A DNA stretch of 64,000 nucleotides, taken from positions 101,742,001 to 101,806,000 of the forward strand of contig OX597814.1 in NCBI GenBank assembly GCA_951406725.2, in the 5' to 3' direction. The notes under the pieces were generated by a model. That model was not told the DNA's origin. It was given only the letters and a program-made list of their open reading frames with translations, and did not search any database. The number at the start of each line of letters is the position of its first letter. Position 1 is the stretch's first letter. A program made the translations under genes and the position numbers. Below, in pieces: positions 31,064-44,039 of this stretch. The stretch is from Octopus vulgaris. Its lineage: Eukaryota.

Positions 31064-31341
31064 AGGCTCTGGCGTAGCTGCGTGGTAACAATATTGCTTC
31101 TTAACCATATGGTCCAGGGTTCAGACCCATTACGTGGTAGCTTGGGTAGGTGTCTTCTTCTATAGCCTCGGGCCGACCAAAGCTTTGTGAGTATTTTTGG
31201 CAGAGGGAAATTGATAGAAACTCGTCATATATATATCATCGAAATAAACAACAGGATATGAAGAGGTGATGCAGTATGACCGTTTCAAGCAACTCCATTT
31301 AATCGAACAATGCAATCATTACATCAATTTAAATGCTGGGC

Positions 31342-31529
31342 TATCCTCAGCTACATAAATAAATGGAATTTTTAATCAGTTGGACATAATAAGTCGAGTT
31401 GTTCGACTAGAACCCTTCAAGGCTGTGCCCCTGAATTGACGCAGTTATGTTACTAATACGATCAAAATTTATATATATATATAGGCTGTGCCCCTGAATT
31501 GACGCAGTTATGTTACTAATACGATCAAA

Positions 31530-31571
<42 letters not shown>

Positions 31572-31691
31572 TTTGCTCGTATTAGTAACACAACTGCGTC
31601 AATTCAGGGGCACAGCCTTGAAGGGTTCTAGTCGAACAACTCGACTTATTATGTCCAACTGATTAAAAATTCTATTTATTTATGTAGCTGA

Positions 31692-31696
<5 letters not shown>
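31342..31696. repeat. Inverted duplication centred on (TA)n, with a tandem duplication in the left arm
   Basis: 31342-31470 is the reverse complement of ~31568-31696; ggctgtgcccctg..caaaattt occurs twice on the left. Confidence 0.85.
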
Positions 31697-31759
<63 letters not shown>

Positions 31760-33271
31760 ATCTATCTATCTATCTATCTATATATATATATATATACATA
31801 CTTTATATCAAATTATACTATATTATATTATATTATATGATGGATCCTCCCGTCGAAGATGACGTATGAGTGTTCAGCTTTCTCCGAACGACCTGCACAA
31901 ATAATTTGTTTATAGTGATCAAATGTATGTGTTGTACATTAGCTCACTCTCTCTATCAAATCGACGTTGCCTGAAGAGCTGCACTGGGTACCACGCATCA
32001 GGTGTCGAAATGGTCACAGAGCAACATGAGATGAAGTGTTTTGCTCAAGAACACAACGTATCACTCGGTCTAGGAATTGAAACCACGATCTTGCGTGCAA
32101 CACCCTAACCACCAGGCAATGCATCCCCACTATATATATATATATATGATGCATTAAAAGCGTGCTTGAATCTTGCTTGCTTGCTTGCAATGCTACCCAG
32201 CCAAACTGTCGCATAATGGGAAAATACTATGAATTAAGTGCCTTCTAAAATTGAATACGGACGGAATAAAACAAGTTTCGCATAAATCGGACAAGTGGCT
32301 CTTGAGTTATTAGGGGTTTTCGAGGTATAAATGCCCAAAACGGTGCATAATGGAGAAATATTCTGAAAATAACTAAAGCCTGAAATGATTAAGCTATTAG
32401 ACATAGTGACTTGACAACGAGAATATACCATTTGTTTTTATAGTAAATGTTTCTATTTTCGCTTTTGCTAAACACAATATTTTAATCCTTTAGAAATATT
32501 TTAAGTGAATGTGATTTCAAAAATGTAAGTTGTTTGTATAGTACGTATTTATATTTTAGCTTTCTTTAAGCAGACAATATTTCAATTTTTAAAAATTATT
32601 TCCATGTGAATATCATTACAAAAACTGTTTTGGTATATTTAAAAAGTATTTTAAAGTGAAAATTACTTTAAAAATACAGTAAATATTTCGTAAATGACCC
32701 GTTCGTAACCTTGGTTTGACATTTTTTTTCCATGGGTACTTTTCGAGTGCACTGATTTGGCTGCTATTTCTAGCACAGCCCGCTACCACGTAACAGCTAT
32801 TTGCGATAAAGGATCTGAAATACCTGTTACATGGTAGCATGGCGTGCAAGAAATAGCAGCCAAATATTTCCTTTTCTGGTGAAAGGGGCCGTTTACCCGT
32901 GATTTCGTTGTCACATTCGTTGAAAGCATGCGAAATAACCTGTAAAAGAAAAAACCACGAAACTACTCTGGAAAACTCAAGAGTTGGCGGTGACACAACG
33001 GGTCGTGGGTAGTCTAGTATATATATATCACTTCACGTAGATTGTTGGCGATTTTTCCTTAGCTTTCCTTCTTTCACTTTAAACTTTTCTCTTTCTGACG
33101 AAGGACTATGCGCGAAACGTTTACACCTCTCTCTTTTCCCCAAGCGTCAAATTAATATAATTCTTGTGCACGTCCTCACGTTCGTCTTTTTTGTTTCCTA
33201 TTTTTTAATTGTTTTTTTCTTTGAATTGTATATATGTGTATACATAAATGCACATATATAATATATTTACA

Positions 33272-33326
<55 letters not shown>

Positions 33327-33374
33327 ACGTATGTATGACCTTATCTGTCATGAGGGTTTCTTAACTAAGAAACC

Positions 33375-33878
33375 GCAGCAGTGGCAGCGATGGCAGCGGC
33401 GGCGGCGGCGGCGGCGGCAGCAGCAGCGGAGGCAGCGGTGGCGGCAGCGGCAATGGCGGCAGCGGCGGCGGCGGTAGCAGCAGCGGCGGCAGCGGTAGCG
33501 GCGGCAGCGGTAGCGGCGGCAGCGGTAGCGGCGGCAGCGGTAACGGCGGCAGCGGTAGCGGCGGCAGCGGCGGCAGCGGTAGCGGCGGTAGTGGCGGTAG
33601 CGGCGGCGGCGGTATCGGCGGCGGCGGTAGCGGCGGCGGCGGCGGCGGCAGCGGCGGCGGCGGTAGCGGCGGCGGCGGTAGCGGCGGCGGCGGAGCGGCG
33701 GCGGCGGCGGCGGTAGCGGCGGCGGCGGTAGCGGCGGCGGCGGTAGCGGCGGCGGCGGTAGCGGCGGCGGCGGCGGCGGCGGCGGTAGCGGCGGCGGCGG
33801 TAGCGGCGCGGCGGTAGCGGCGGCAGCGGTAGCGGCGGCGGCAGCGGCGCAAGCGGCGGCAGCGGCGGCGGTGGTAGC

Positions 33879-33936
<58 letters not shown>

Positions 33937-34290
33937 GCGGTGGCGGCGGCGGCGGCGGAGGTGGAAGCAGCGGATGTGCAGGCGGGAGCGGCGGGAGCGG
34001 CGGCAGCGGCGGCCGAGGCGGCAGCGGCGGCCGAGGCGGGAGCGGCGGCCGAGGCGGCAGCGGCGGCCGAGGCTGGCAGCGGCGAAAGCGGTGCCAGCGG
34101 TAGCAGCGGCGGAGGCGGCGGCGGAGACGGAGGCGGAGACGGAGGCGGAGACGGAGGCGGAGACGGAGGCGGAGGGAGGCGGAAACGGAAGCGTCGGAAG
34201 CGGTGGCAGCTGCGGAAGCGGCGGCAGCTGCGGAAGCGGCGGAAGCGGTGCCAGTGGTTGCAGCGGCGGAAGCGGTGGCACCACCGGCGG
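33375..34290. repeat. GC-rich (GCG/GCA/GTA)n triplet tract
   Basis: Directly visible; source of the poly-Ala/Pro/Arg ORFs. Confidence 0.9.
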
Positions 34291-34347
34291 TGATAATGAC
34301 GACGATTATACCGACATATGTAAAATAAAATTTTAAAAGTCACTTAC

Positions 34348-34416
34348 TGTTGCCATTATTCGAAATGCTTCTATTTTAATGGGTGGAGAATGAAATTCAG
34401 CTAAAATGGCATCGAC
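34348..34416 (-). CDS. Coding exon VDAILAEFHSPPIKIEAFRIMAT
   Basis: Acceptor attttttag, donor gtaagt; 69 nt, phase 0 to 0. Confidence 0.85.
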
Positions 34417-34701
34417 CTAAAAAATAATTGCACACAGAAAAATTTGAGTATATTGCAGTAGGCAGCGTAGGTTACGAAGTACTTTGTATCGTCACAAAAC
34501 TGTAACGTCTCGTCATTTGTTATGTCGTTAGGGTCTCCATGAAAACTTCGATTTACAGAAAAAAAACATATATATTACTAATATAACTGTATGTGTATAC
34601 ATACATATTCTGTTATGTTGAAAATCCAATGAAGGAGCCGTGGATCTAGGTTAGAAACCGGTTCTTTCTCTATTGGCATGAAATTTTGAAATAAAATTGA
34701 A

Positions 34702-34743
<42 letters not shown>

Positions 34744-34995
34744 CATACAAAAAGCTCCATTAATGTTGAAATTCCAATGAAGGAGCCTTGAATCAAGGTT
34801 AGAAACCGGCTCTTTATTGCGTATCAAGATAATTACCCCCTAAGACAATTCACCGACGACAACTACCCCCTAATACAATTATCCCCTTGGTTAAGTGCTC
34901 CCTCCCCAATATATTAAGAAGTTTTAAATCATCATCTAAAAGTGTGAATTATACACGATTCCTCACAAATATTGTATGACATGTTTTCATCATTG

Positions 34996-35538
34996 CTAAC
35001 TATGGCATTAATACGGGCTGAAATATCTAAATATTGCTTTCTAACTACGGCATTATTACGGGCTGAAATATCTAAATATTGCTTTCTAACTACGGCATTA
35101 TCACGGGCTGAAATATCTAAATATTGCTTTCTAACTACGGCATTATTACGGGCTGAAATATCTAAATATTGCTTTCTAACTACGGCATTATTACGGGCTG
35201 AAATATCTAAATATTGCTTTCTAACTACGGCATTATTACGGGCTGAAATATCTAAATATTGCTTTCTAACTACGGCATTATCACGGGCTGAAATATCTAA
35301 ATATTGCTTTCTAACTACGGCATTATTACGGGCTGAAATATCTAAATATTGCTTTCTAACTACGGCATTATTACGGGCTGAAATATCTAAATATTGCTTT
35401 CTAACTACGGCATTATTACGGGCTGAAATATCTAAATATTGCTTTCTAACTACGGCATTAATACGGGCTGAAATATTTAAATATTACTTTCTAACTATGG
35501 CATTAATACAGGCTGAAATATCTAAATATTTCTTTCTA
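34996..35538. repeat. 45-bp minisatellite, about 12 copies
   Basis: Unit ctaactacggcattattacgggctgaaatatctaaatattgcttt. Confidence 0.95.
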
Positions 35539-36663
35539 GATGGCTGTTTATCAAAACCCGTCAAGGATTGATTCATAAGTACTTGTAATGCTTGCTCTTT
35601 TTTGATATATTTAAAAAACTTGCAGTTTGGGTAGCAACAAGTAGCATTTCATAAAAGAAAAAAGCACCTGTGCTACCCTTCTACAACATTGTTCTTAGAA
35701 GTTCATCCGACGTTCTGTTGTACATATTCCATAGATCCATTCCAAATACTGGTTCTCGTCGTCTTCCTTCTTCGTGTGCGCGCGCAATGGAAGTGGGATT
35801 TTTTGTGAAGTCTTTCTTTGTAGTGTTTCAGTTATTTGTTTTTCAGTTTCAGATGGGTTTTTTCTTTTAGTTTTTAAATTTTGGGTAATATTTCGCATTG
35901 AGGTTGAGGTATTTAATGCTTTTCCGTTATTTTTTGTTTGTTTTTTTACCTTTGAAAATTTTAAAGATTTTTGAGCTAGTTTTATTTCTTTTAATTTTTG
36001 TTTTATTTTTATGTTTGTTTCTGTTGTTTTGCATCTTTGTTCGCTTACTATGTGGATTTATTTTTTGATTTGGTTGAATCTTGGTATTTTTTTTTGGTCA
36101 GTTATTTTTAGCCTTTTGACAGAAAAAAGTCATTCGAAAATTGCTTTTTAACGTAACCGTACCCAAACAAGTCGAATGCTTACACAGAGCAGGTTTTACA
36201 GCCACATCATCCAAACCGACCGGGTCAAAACGGGCTTAGCTGCTATTTTCTGTACAAAATTCGGTGTTGTATAAATGTTTAATTAGTTCTGTTATACATT
36301 GTATAACATTTTCCCCCTCTTACATCCGTATAGTTTCTAAGCCTCACACCAAACGTCACATTTAACACAAATTTTTATTTTTGTATTTTCTGTATCTCTT
36401 CGAGCACTTACGGTTTGAGGGGACCCAGCTCGCGGGGTATCCAGTTTCTTTGTGGCCACAGAGGCTGCTGCATATATATTATATCATTTAACCTGGTCAT
36501 ATTGACATTTGTTTCTGTAGCTGTTAGTTCTGTGACGGCCAGATTCATGTTAACTACTATTGATGTTTTATTATCAATTTTAATGTTTGGGAGGTACAGT
36601 CGGTGGTCCATACTGAGATCTGTGGCTTTCAAGTCTTTCATTATGCTCATTTTTAGAGTATCA

Positions 36664-36921
36664 CTAGCAGTATCGCCCGGCGTTGCTCAGGTTTGTAAGG
36701 GAAATAACTATAAAGCATTTTTAGAGAGTTATAGCCAAAGAATAGCAAAAAAATGGAAAAAAATGATGGTAAATTTTTTGATAGTTAAAAAGTGGAGTTG
36801 CGTCCCCTACACAGTTTGTGGTTTGTGTTCCTGATTCTCGACCCCATGTCGAATTTATCGATTTTTTTCAGAACTGGGGGAACTTTTCAAAATTTTCACT
36901 GCGTTAGTTTTGAATTATGAC
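36664..36921 (-). mobile_element. Helitron-like non-autonomous element, 3' part
   Basis: Reverse complement of 58690-58953; ends in hairpin plus CTAG. Confidence 0.65.
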
Positions 36922-37382
36922 ATTTTTATTTGTTGTCATTTCATCAGGATCTCTTGAAAGCCGTGGTCGGGTTTGAGAGGGTACCCAGACACACAGCGGG
37001 GTAACACGTTTCTTTGTGGCCACAGACAAACTGCTGTTTATATAGAGAGAGATAATCATTAATTTCGCCTTCACTGTTTCAGGTTTTGACATTTGTATTC
37101 TGTTCAAATTTTTGTCTGTGGTAGTTCTGGTTTGGTGCATTTTGCTCATCATTATACATTCCTGCGGTTTGGGTTTGTTGTCTTTCGTTGTTTACTTCGC
37201 TTTTCTTGGAAATGTTACGTCTGCCTTCATACTTTACAGTCCCAGTGCTTATGATAGTATTTGGCATTATTATTATTATTATTATCATAATTATTAATGG
37301 CTTTGTACCAAAATTAGAAAGAAGTATTATGATAGGTTGTAGTATTAGTAATAGTAGAATTAGTAATAGTAGTATCAGTTGT

Positions 37383-37414
<32 letters not shown>

Positions 37415-37479
37415 TAGTAGTTGTTGTAGTAGTGTAGTAGTAGTTAGTGTAGTGCATAGTAGTAGTGTAGTAGTAGTAT

Positions 37480-37690
37480 ATTTCTTTCCCCACAAGGGGC
37501 TAAACGAGGGGACAAACAAGGACAGACAAACGGATTAAGTCGATTACATCGACCCTTCGTGAAGCTTACTTTATTCATCGACCCCGAAAGGATGAACGTC
37601 GACCTCAGCGGAATTTGAAACTCAGAACCCGGCAGACGAAATACGGCTACGCATTTCGCCCACGGCGTGCTATTATCTGCCAGCTCGCCG
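37480..37690 (-). mobile_element. SINE B copy between (GTA)n tracts
   Basis: Family B tail and head with many small indels. Confidence 0.75.
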
Positions 37691-37703
37691 ATTCAAGAGT
37701 AGC

Positions 37704-37741
<38 letters not shown>

Positions 37742-37791
37742 CTTTGTAGTAGTAGTAGTAGTAGTGGTGGTGGTGGTGGTATTAGTAATAA

Positions 37792-37837
<46 letters not shown>

Positions 37838-37843
37838 TGTAGC

Positions 37844-37888
<45 letters not shown>

Positions 37889-38279
37889 GGTGGTGGTGGT
37901 GGTGGTGGTGGTTGTAGTAGTAGTAGTAGTAGTATATTAGTTTACCCCAAAAGTTCTCCATTGATTTTTTTTTTCTTATTTAGGGGATCCATACATGACA
38001 AATATTTTTACATCGACCCCAGTGGGAAGCTGTTTACTTGTTTTTTTATCGACCCCGATCTAGGATTTGATGGCCAAACAAACTGCTTCAGTGTGATTAC
38101 TTTCCCTATCACCCGCTTATTCTACATCTTCACTTTCGCCTGATGCATATATTTTCAATAAAGAATCGTCTGCCTTCCCTTTTCTGCTAGATTGTTTCCG
38201 TATTATCTTTTTTTAAAAAAACTTATGCATGTATTTATGTCGCAAAGGTAGATAGGTACCAAGGAAATTAAATAGCTAT

Positions 38280-39365
38280 GTGCATGTATGTATGTATGTA
38301 TGTATGTATGTATGTATGTATGTATGCATGCATATGTGTATGTATGTATGTATGTGTGTATGTATGTATGTGTGTGTATGAATGTATGTATGTATGTATG
38401 TATGCTTGCATGCATGTGTGTATGTATGTATGTATGTATGTATGTATGTATGTATGTGTGTGTATGTATGTGTGTATGTATTTATGTATGTGTGTATGTA
38501 TTTATGTATGTATGTATGTATGTATGTGTGCGTGTGTGTATGTATGTATGTGTGTATGTATGTATGTATGTATGTGTGTATGTATGTATGTGTGTATGTA
38601 TGTATGTATGTATGTATGTATGTATGTATGTATGTATACATGTGTTTATGTTTTTTTATGTATGTATGTATGGCCAAACAAACTGCTTCAGTGTATGTAT
38701 GTTCCCTATCACCCGTATGTACATGTTCACTTTCGCCTATGTATGTATGTATGCATGCATGTGTGTATGTATCCGTATTATCATGTATGTGTAAAAACTT
38801 ATGTATGTGTGTATGTCGCAAGGCAGATATGTGTGTAATGTAAATAGCTATGTGCATGTATGTATGTATGTATGTATGTATGCATGCATGTGTGTATGTA
38901 TGTGTGTATGTATGTATGTGCGTATGTATGAATGTATGTATGTAAGTATGTATGTATGCATGCATGCATGTGTGTATGTATGTATGTATGTGTGTATGTA
39001 TGTATGTGTGTATGTGTGTATGTATGTATGTGTGTATGTATATATGTATGTATGTATGTATGCATGCATGCATGTATGTATGTATGTGTGTATGTATGTA
39101 TGGGCGTATGTATGAATGTATGTATGTATGTATGTATGTATGTATGTATGCTTGCATGCATGTGTGTATGTATGTATGTATGTGTGTATGTATGTATGTA
39201 TGTATGCATGCATGTGTGTATGTATGTATGTATGTGTGTATGTATGTATGCATGCATGTATGTGTGTATGTATGTATGTATGCATGCATGTGTGTATGTA
39301 TGTATGTATGTGTGTATGTTTGTATGTATGTATGTGTGTATGTATGTATGTATGTGTATATATGT
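38280..39365. repeat. (TATG)n microsatellite
   Basis: Directly visible. Confidence 0.95.
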
Positions 39366-39519
39366 GCCATTTTGTGTGTGAATACGTGTACTCTAGCTTA
39401 GATATGTGTACATATGTCTACATATGTATTACTACTTTCTGGAATATTATGTATGCATATCCATATGCATGTATGCATGTGCATATGCATTATGCATGTT
39501 TGTATTACTCACTCTTTTA

Positions 39520-39860
39520 CTCTTTTACTTGTTTCAGTCATTTGACTGCGGCCATGTTGGAGCACCACCTTTAGTCGAGCGAATCGACCCCAGGACTTAT
39601 TCTTTATAAGCCTAGTACTTATTCTATCGGTCTAATTTGCCGAACCGCTAAGTTACGGGGATGTAAACACACCAGCATCGGTTGTCAAGCGATGTTGGGG
39701 GGACAAACACAGACACACAAACACACACACATACACATATATATATTTATATATACGATGGGCTTCTTGCAGTTTCCGTCTACCATATCTACTCACAAGG
39801 CTTTGGTCGGCCCGAGGCTATTGTAGAAGACACTTGCCCAAGATGCCACGCAGTGGGACT
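39520..39860 (-). mobile_element. SINE family A lacking its head
   Basis: Matches the 22140-22520 copy. Confidence 0.85.
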
Positions 39861-40355
39861 ATATGTATGTATTTATGTATGTATATATGCACGTACGTAT
39901 ATATGTATGTATATATGTATGAATGTCAGTATATATGTACGCATGTATCTATGGGTGTATGTATTTTTAAATGAAGGTTATGTGTGAAAGTTTGTGAGTG
40001 TGTATATATGTTTGTATGTTAGTCTATATACACGTGAGCGCGTACGTATATATATATACACACACGCTAACATATATAAATATGGATAGACATAGATGCA
40101 AACATACCTACGTACACACATGCATACAAATATGTAAAAAGCCAATTAAGGTTAAATATATAGATGTCGTTGCTATTTCTAGCACTTGTAGGCACCACGT
40201 AGATTATTTACGCATATATATATAAATGCATAAGGCTTGCGAGTCGAGAGGAGTTTGGTTTCTGCATCTTTTGAGCAGTGTAAGACTATTTCGTTGACTC
40301 ATACATACATATAAATACACACACACACACACATACATATATATATATATGTATG

Positions 40356-40434
<79 letters not shown>

Positions 40435-40588
40435 TTATTGAAATGGATAAAGGAATTATCTTATTACGGATAATTCAAATGACAACCGATACCTGGGTAG
40501 CAAAAATCACAACAGAAACATATGTAGAAAATAATATAAAAGAATGGAATTTTGTTAAATCTTCGTTCAGCTCCATTTCTTCCTACAC

Positions 40589-40689
<101 letters not shown>

Positions 40690-43650
40690 AGGGCAGTAGG
40701 ATGTAATATGAGGAAAATTTGGCTGCTATTTCTATAATGCCAAACGATGATGGGTGACAGTAAAGTGTCATTTGAGGGGTTTTCTGTAGCTACAGTGTAA
40801 CTGCTTTTGAGTTAGAAACATCAATTGGCACACTAAATTATAGGCAAAGATGTTCGAAGTGCAGTAAAAGTTGCTCTTCATTCTTCTGGAATTAATAAAA
40901 TAAAGAACTGCTCAAATGTCCTAACCCAGTGAGTCAACCAAAAGTGCTTCCAGCTCGCTTCTGCCCTTTACAGTCCAAATCTTGACGAGGTCAACTCTGC
41001 TTGTCATCCGACCGCGGTCGATAAAATAAAGGACAACTCAAGTAGTGGGGGTGAAATACTTCGGGACATTTCGTTTGTCTTCACGTTCTGAGTTCAAATG
41101 TCACCGAGGCCGACTTTACTTTCATCCTTTCGGAACCGATAAATTAAGTGCCAGTGAAACACTGGGATCGATGTAACCAACCCAGTCCCCTCCCCAAAAA
41201 ATTCAGGCCTTGTACCTTTAGTAGAAAGAATTATTATCATTATTGTTATAGTTTGTGGTGGACGTACGTCATATTGGCACCCGAAGGTTTGTTAAATTTT
41301 TTATTGAAAATAATGTTTTTTTGTCGTGAATTTGTGCTTAAACATTAAAAAAGAACCCTTACTATACATGAAGAGGGGAAATGCCAAGTTATACCCTCAA
41401 GGACACATTTTTTTATATATTTATTCGCTCTCATCTATTTTTCCCTCTCTGTCGGAATTACAGAGCCAGTATTACCTAGCGACGAGGTAGCAATAAGAAT
41501 GACTTATACCACAACCAACTTCATTAGAGAACATTACTATCCACTTTCTGTTCGTTCTAATACGATAGCAGTCCAGATTGGCTATAAAAATCAGTGCATA
41601 CACAAGAACAACAGCAACGACAACAAACAAAACAGCTATGATAAAGACAGCGGTTGCAGTTATAAGAGTAGAATTTTTAACAATGACAACACCAATAGAA
41701 GCAACAACAGCACCAACAAGAACAGTTGCAGCAGCAGCCGTTCAAGAATTTGGACCTGGAGATCTCCATTTCCAGCGACTTCGAGGGTCACCTCCCAGTG
41801 GTGTCGGGCATCAACGAAGAACCCTCGACTACAACAAGACGACCAAGGTCTTTTTTTTTCCCAAGGTCTGGGGTCTCCCGCCCCTAAGCCCTAGACCATC
41901 ACCTAATCACCCTTACCCGTCTTGTTGCTTAAATACAAAAACAACAACAGCTGCAGCAGCAGCAGATACAATGGCACGTCAAAAGAAAAGTTCACACAGA
42001 AGAATCCATTACTATCACAGCTACCACTATAGAAACAAGCTCTAGCAGCAGAACCATTCAAGAATTAATAATAACAGCCATAAGGAAAACGAAAGTAACA
42101 ACAGCAGCAGTAGCAACAGCAACAACAGTAACGGAGAAAGCAATAAAATTGGCAGAAAACAAATGATTAGCAATCAAACGGCAACAATATCAGGGATTCT
42201 TTTACTGGAATAGTCTTCACAAAAGAATTGTACAGCATATATTTCTAGATTCTAGAAGAAAAGGGGCGAAATTACAAGATGCCATTCAGCTTAGGAAAAT
42301 CGATGGGAGAAATACAAAATTTAAACCCTACCCCCTCCAAAATCCTATTTAAAACCGATGCATTCGCAGTGCAACATTCAATGATCGTCCACCGAAGCGA
42401 GGACTTTGCTCTCTTCCCCACGTATTTGGGAAGAAAGGCGACAAAAAAAACAGTACTGGTGTTCCACCAGAACTAAATCTTTGGTAGCTACTGGTATGCT
42501 TTGTGTTGGAGGAGAGCGAATCTTTACTGGATGTGAAGAGAGCGAGGTGAAAAAATCGTGAACGTCTAGATGTAAATTCTGAACATCCAGCCGAATAGGA
42601 TGTTTATCATCAGGCGATGAGCGCTTGATGACATTCTAGCTGCCAGATGTCCAGTTTCCTCTTTGCTTCACCAAGACTGTAGCTCCTTCATGGATAAAAG
42701 CTGCAGGGTGACAAACCCAAGAGCGTTCATCGTTAAGGAATATCTACAAGTGGTACAGACTCTGCAGGACTGGTGATGACAGCATCAAGTTAGGGGATGA
42801 CTAACCAGCCCTGCAGAGGGTGCTGGCAGCACATAGATTGCCTGACCAGTGGAACAAGATCCTTCTACTAGAGCAATCGATAATTGAGGTAAGGCACAAA
42901 GGTCAAGTGGTAGACAATAACAGAGGTGATATAAGCATTCCTCTCCTCTGCTTGATCTTCACGATACATCTTTTTAGTCCATTTCGGAGTAAGACTCACC
43001 AAGCTATCAGTCCAATACCACACGATACTGTCGGGCGCATGAGTCTACTTTCATTTTGGTTACATTTCATACGTCATTTTGGTTACATCTCAATTTTTCC
43101 ATCTTCCGCAGCAGTGGCTCAAGAATCAGTACGTACAGATAAGGAGAATGACTGAAGACAGACTAGTCGGATCATGCTATGCTAAATGCTTTCGAGAGGT
43201 GGCCGTTTACAACGGCCGTTGAACAGGTACCACAGTGTAGCCTCTAAACACGGGTCCGAAGGCGTCTGTTTTTAGAACGGCTTCTAAATAATGCTGATCA
43301 ACCCTATCGGAAGCGTTCGACGGAGCCTAATTCAATGTTCCACCGAAGCAAATTTTTCCTTAGCCCTCTCTATGATGTATCACATAAAATAGATGTTGTC
43401 ATGAATGAATCTATTCCGTTTCACTACAAGTGTCAACTATTTTGCTTACACCTTAGCCAAAAGCTTAAAGTCGGTGTTTAGCAAAGTTATGGGCCGAAAA
43501 TTGTCTACTACGTAACCTTTGTCGGAATCCTTTTACAACAGTGTTACCATTGCCCGGTCCAGTATCTTTACAATTTTAGAATACATTCTTATAGAAATAC
43601 TAGCACTTTGACCCGGCAGCGCTAGTATATATATACATATATATATATAC

Positions 43651-43721
<71 letters not shown>

Positions 43722-43832
43722 TACATGTATATACATACACATATATATACATACATATATGTATGTATATATATATATACATTTATATATATATATACAT
43801 ATATATATACATACACATACATACATACATAC

Positions 43833-43949
<117 letters not shown>

Positions 43950-44039
43950 GGAAAACCGGCAAGGAATAGTTTTATTGAGTTTCAACTGATTGATTGGCAA
44001 TTTTGGTAAACTCGAATCAAATTAAGATTTCTTGCACCA

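Noticed and set aside
32824-32939. Exon-like segment VISHAFNECDNEITGKRPLSPEKEIFGCYFLHAMLPCN (minus strand, AG/GT, phase 0 to 2)
   Set aside because: Phase-compatible, but exon 30331-30422 fits the domain pattern much better and both cannot be included in frame; it contains the repeat motif ggctgctatttct and lies beside a Helitron-like CTAG end. At most a cryptic exon.
33348-34343. Long poly-Ala/Pro/Arg ORFs
   Set aside because: By-products of a stop-poor triplet tract inside an intron
34618-34815. Two copies of caatgaaggagcc..ggttagaaaccgg as hammerheads
   Set aside because: Core does not fit N3-UGAN-N8-A pairing and stem I is not evident
34972-35571. 199-aa repeat protein or CRISPR-like array
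   Set aside because: Pure tandem 45-mer with no spacers and no splice or start context
41499-43155. Short plus-strand ORFs
   Set aside because: Low-complexity and fragmented; probably an old LINE relic, but motifs are too degraded to call
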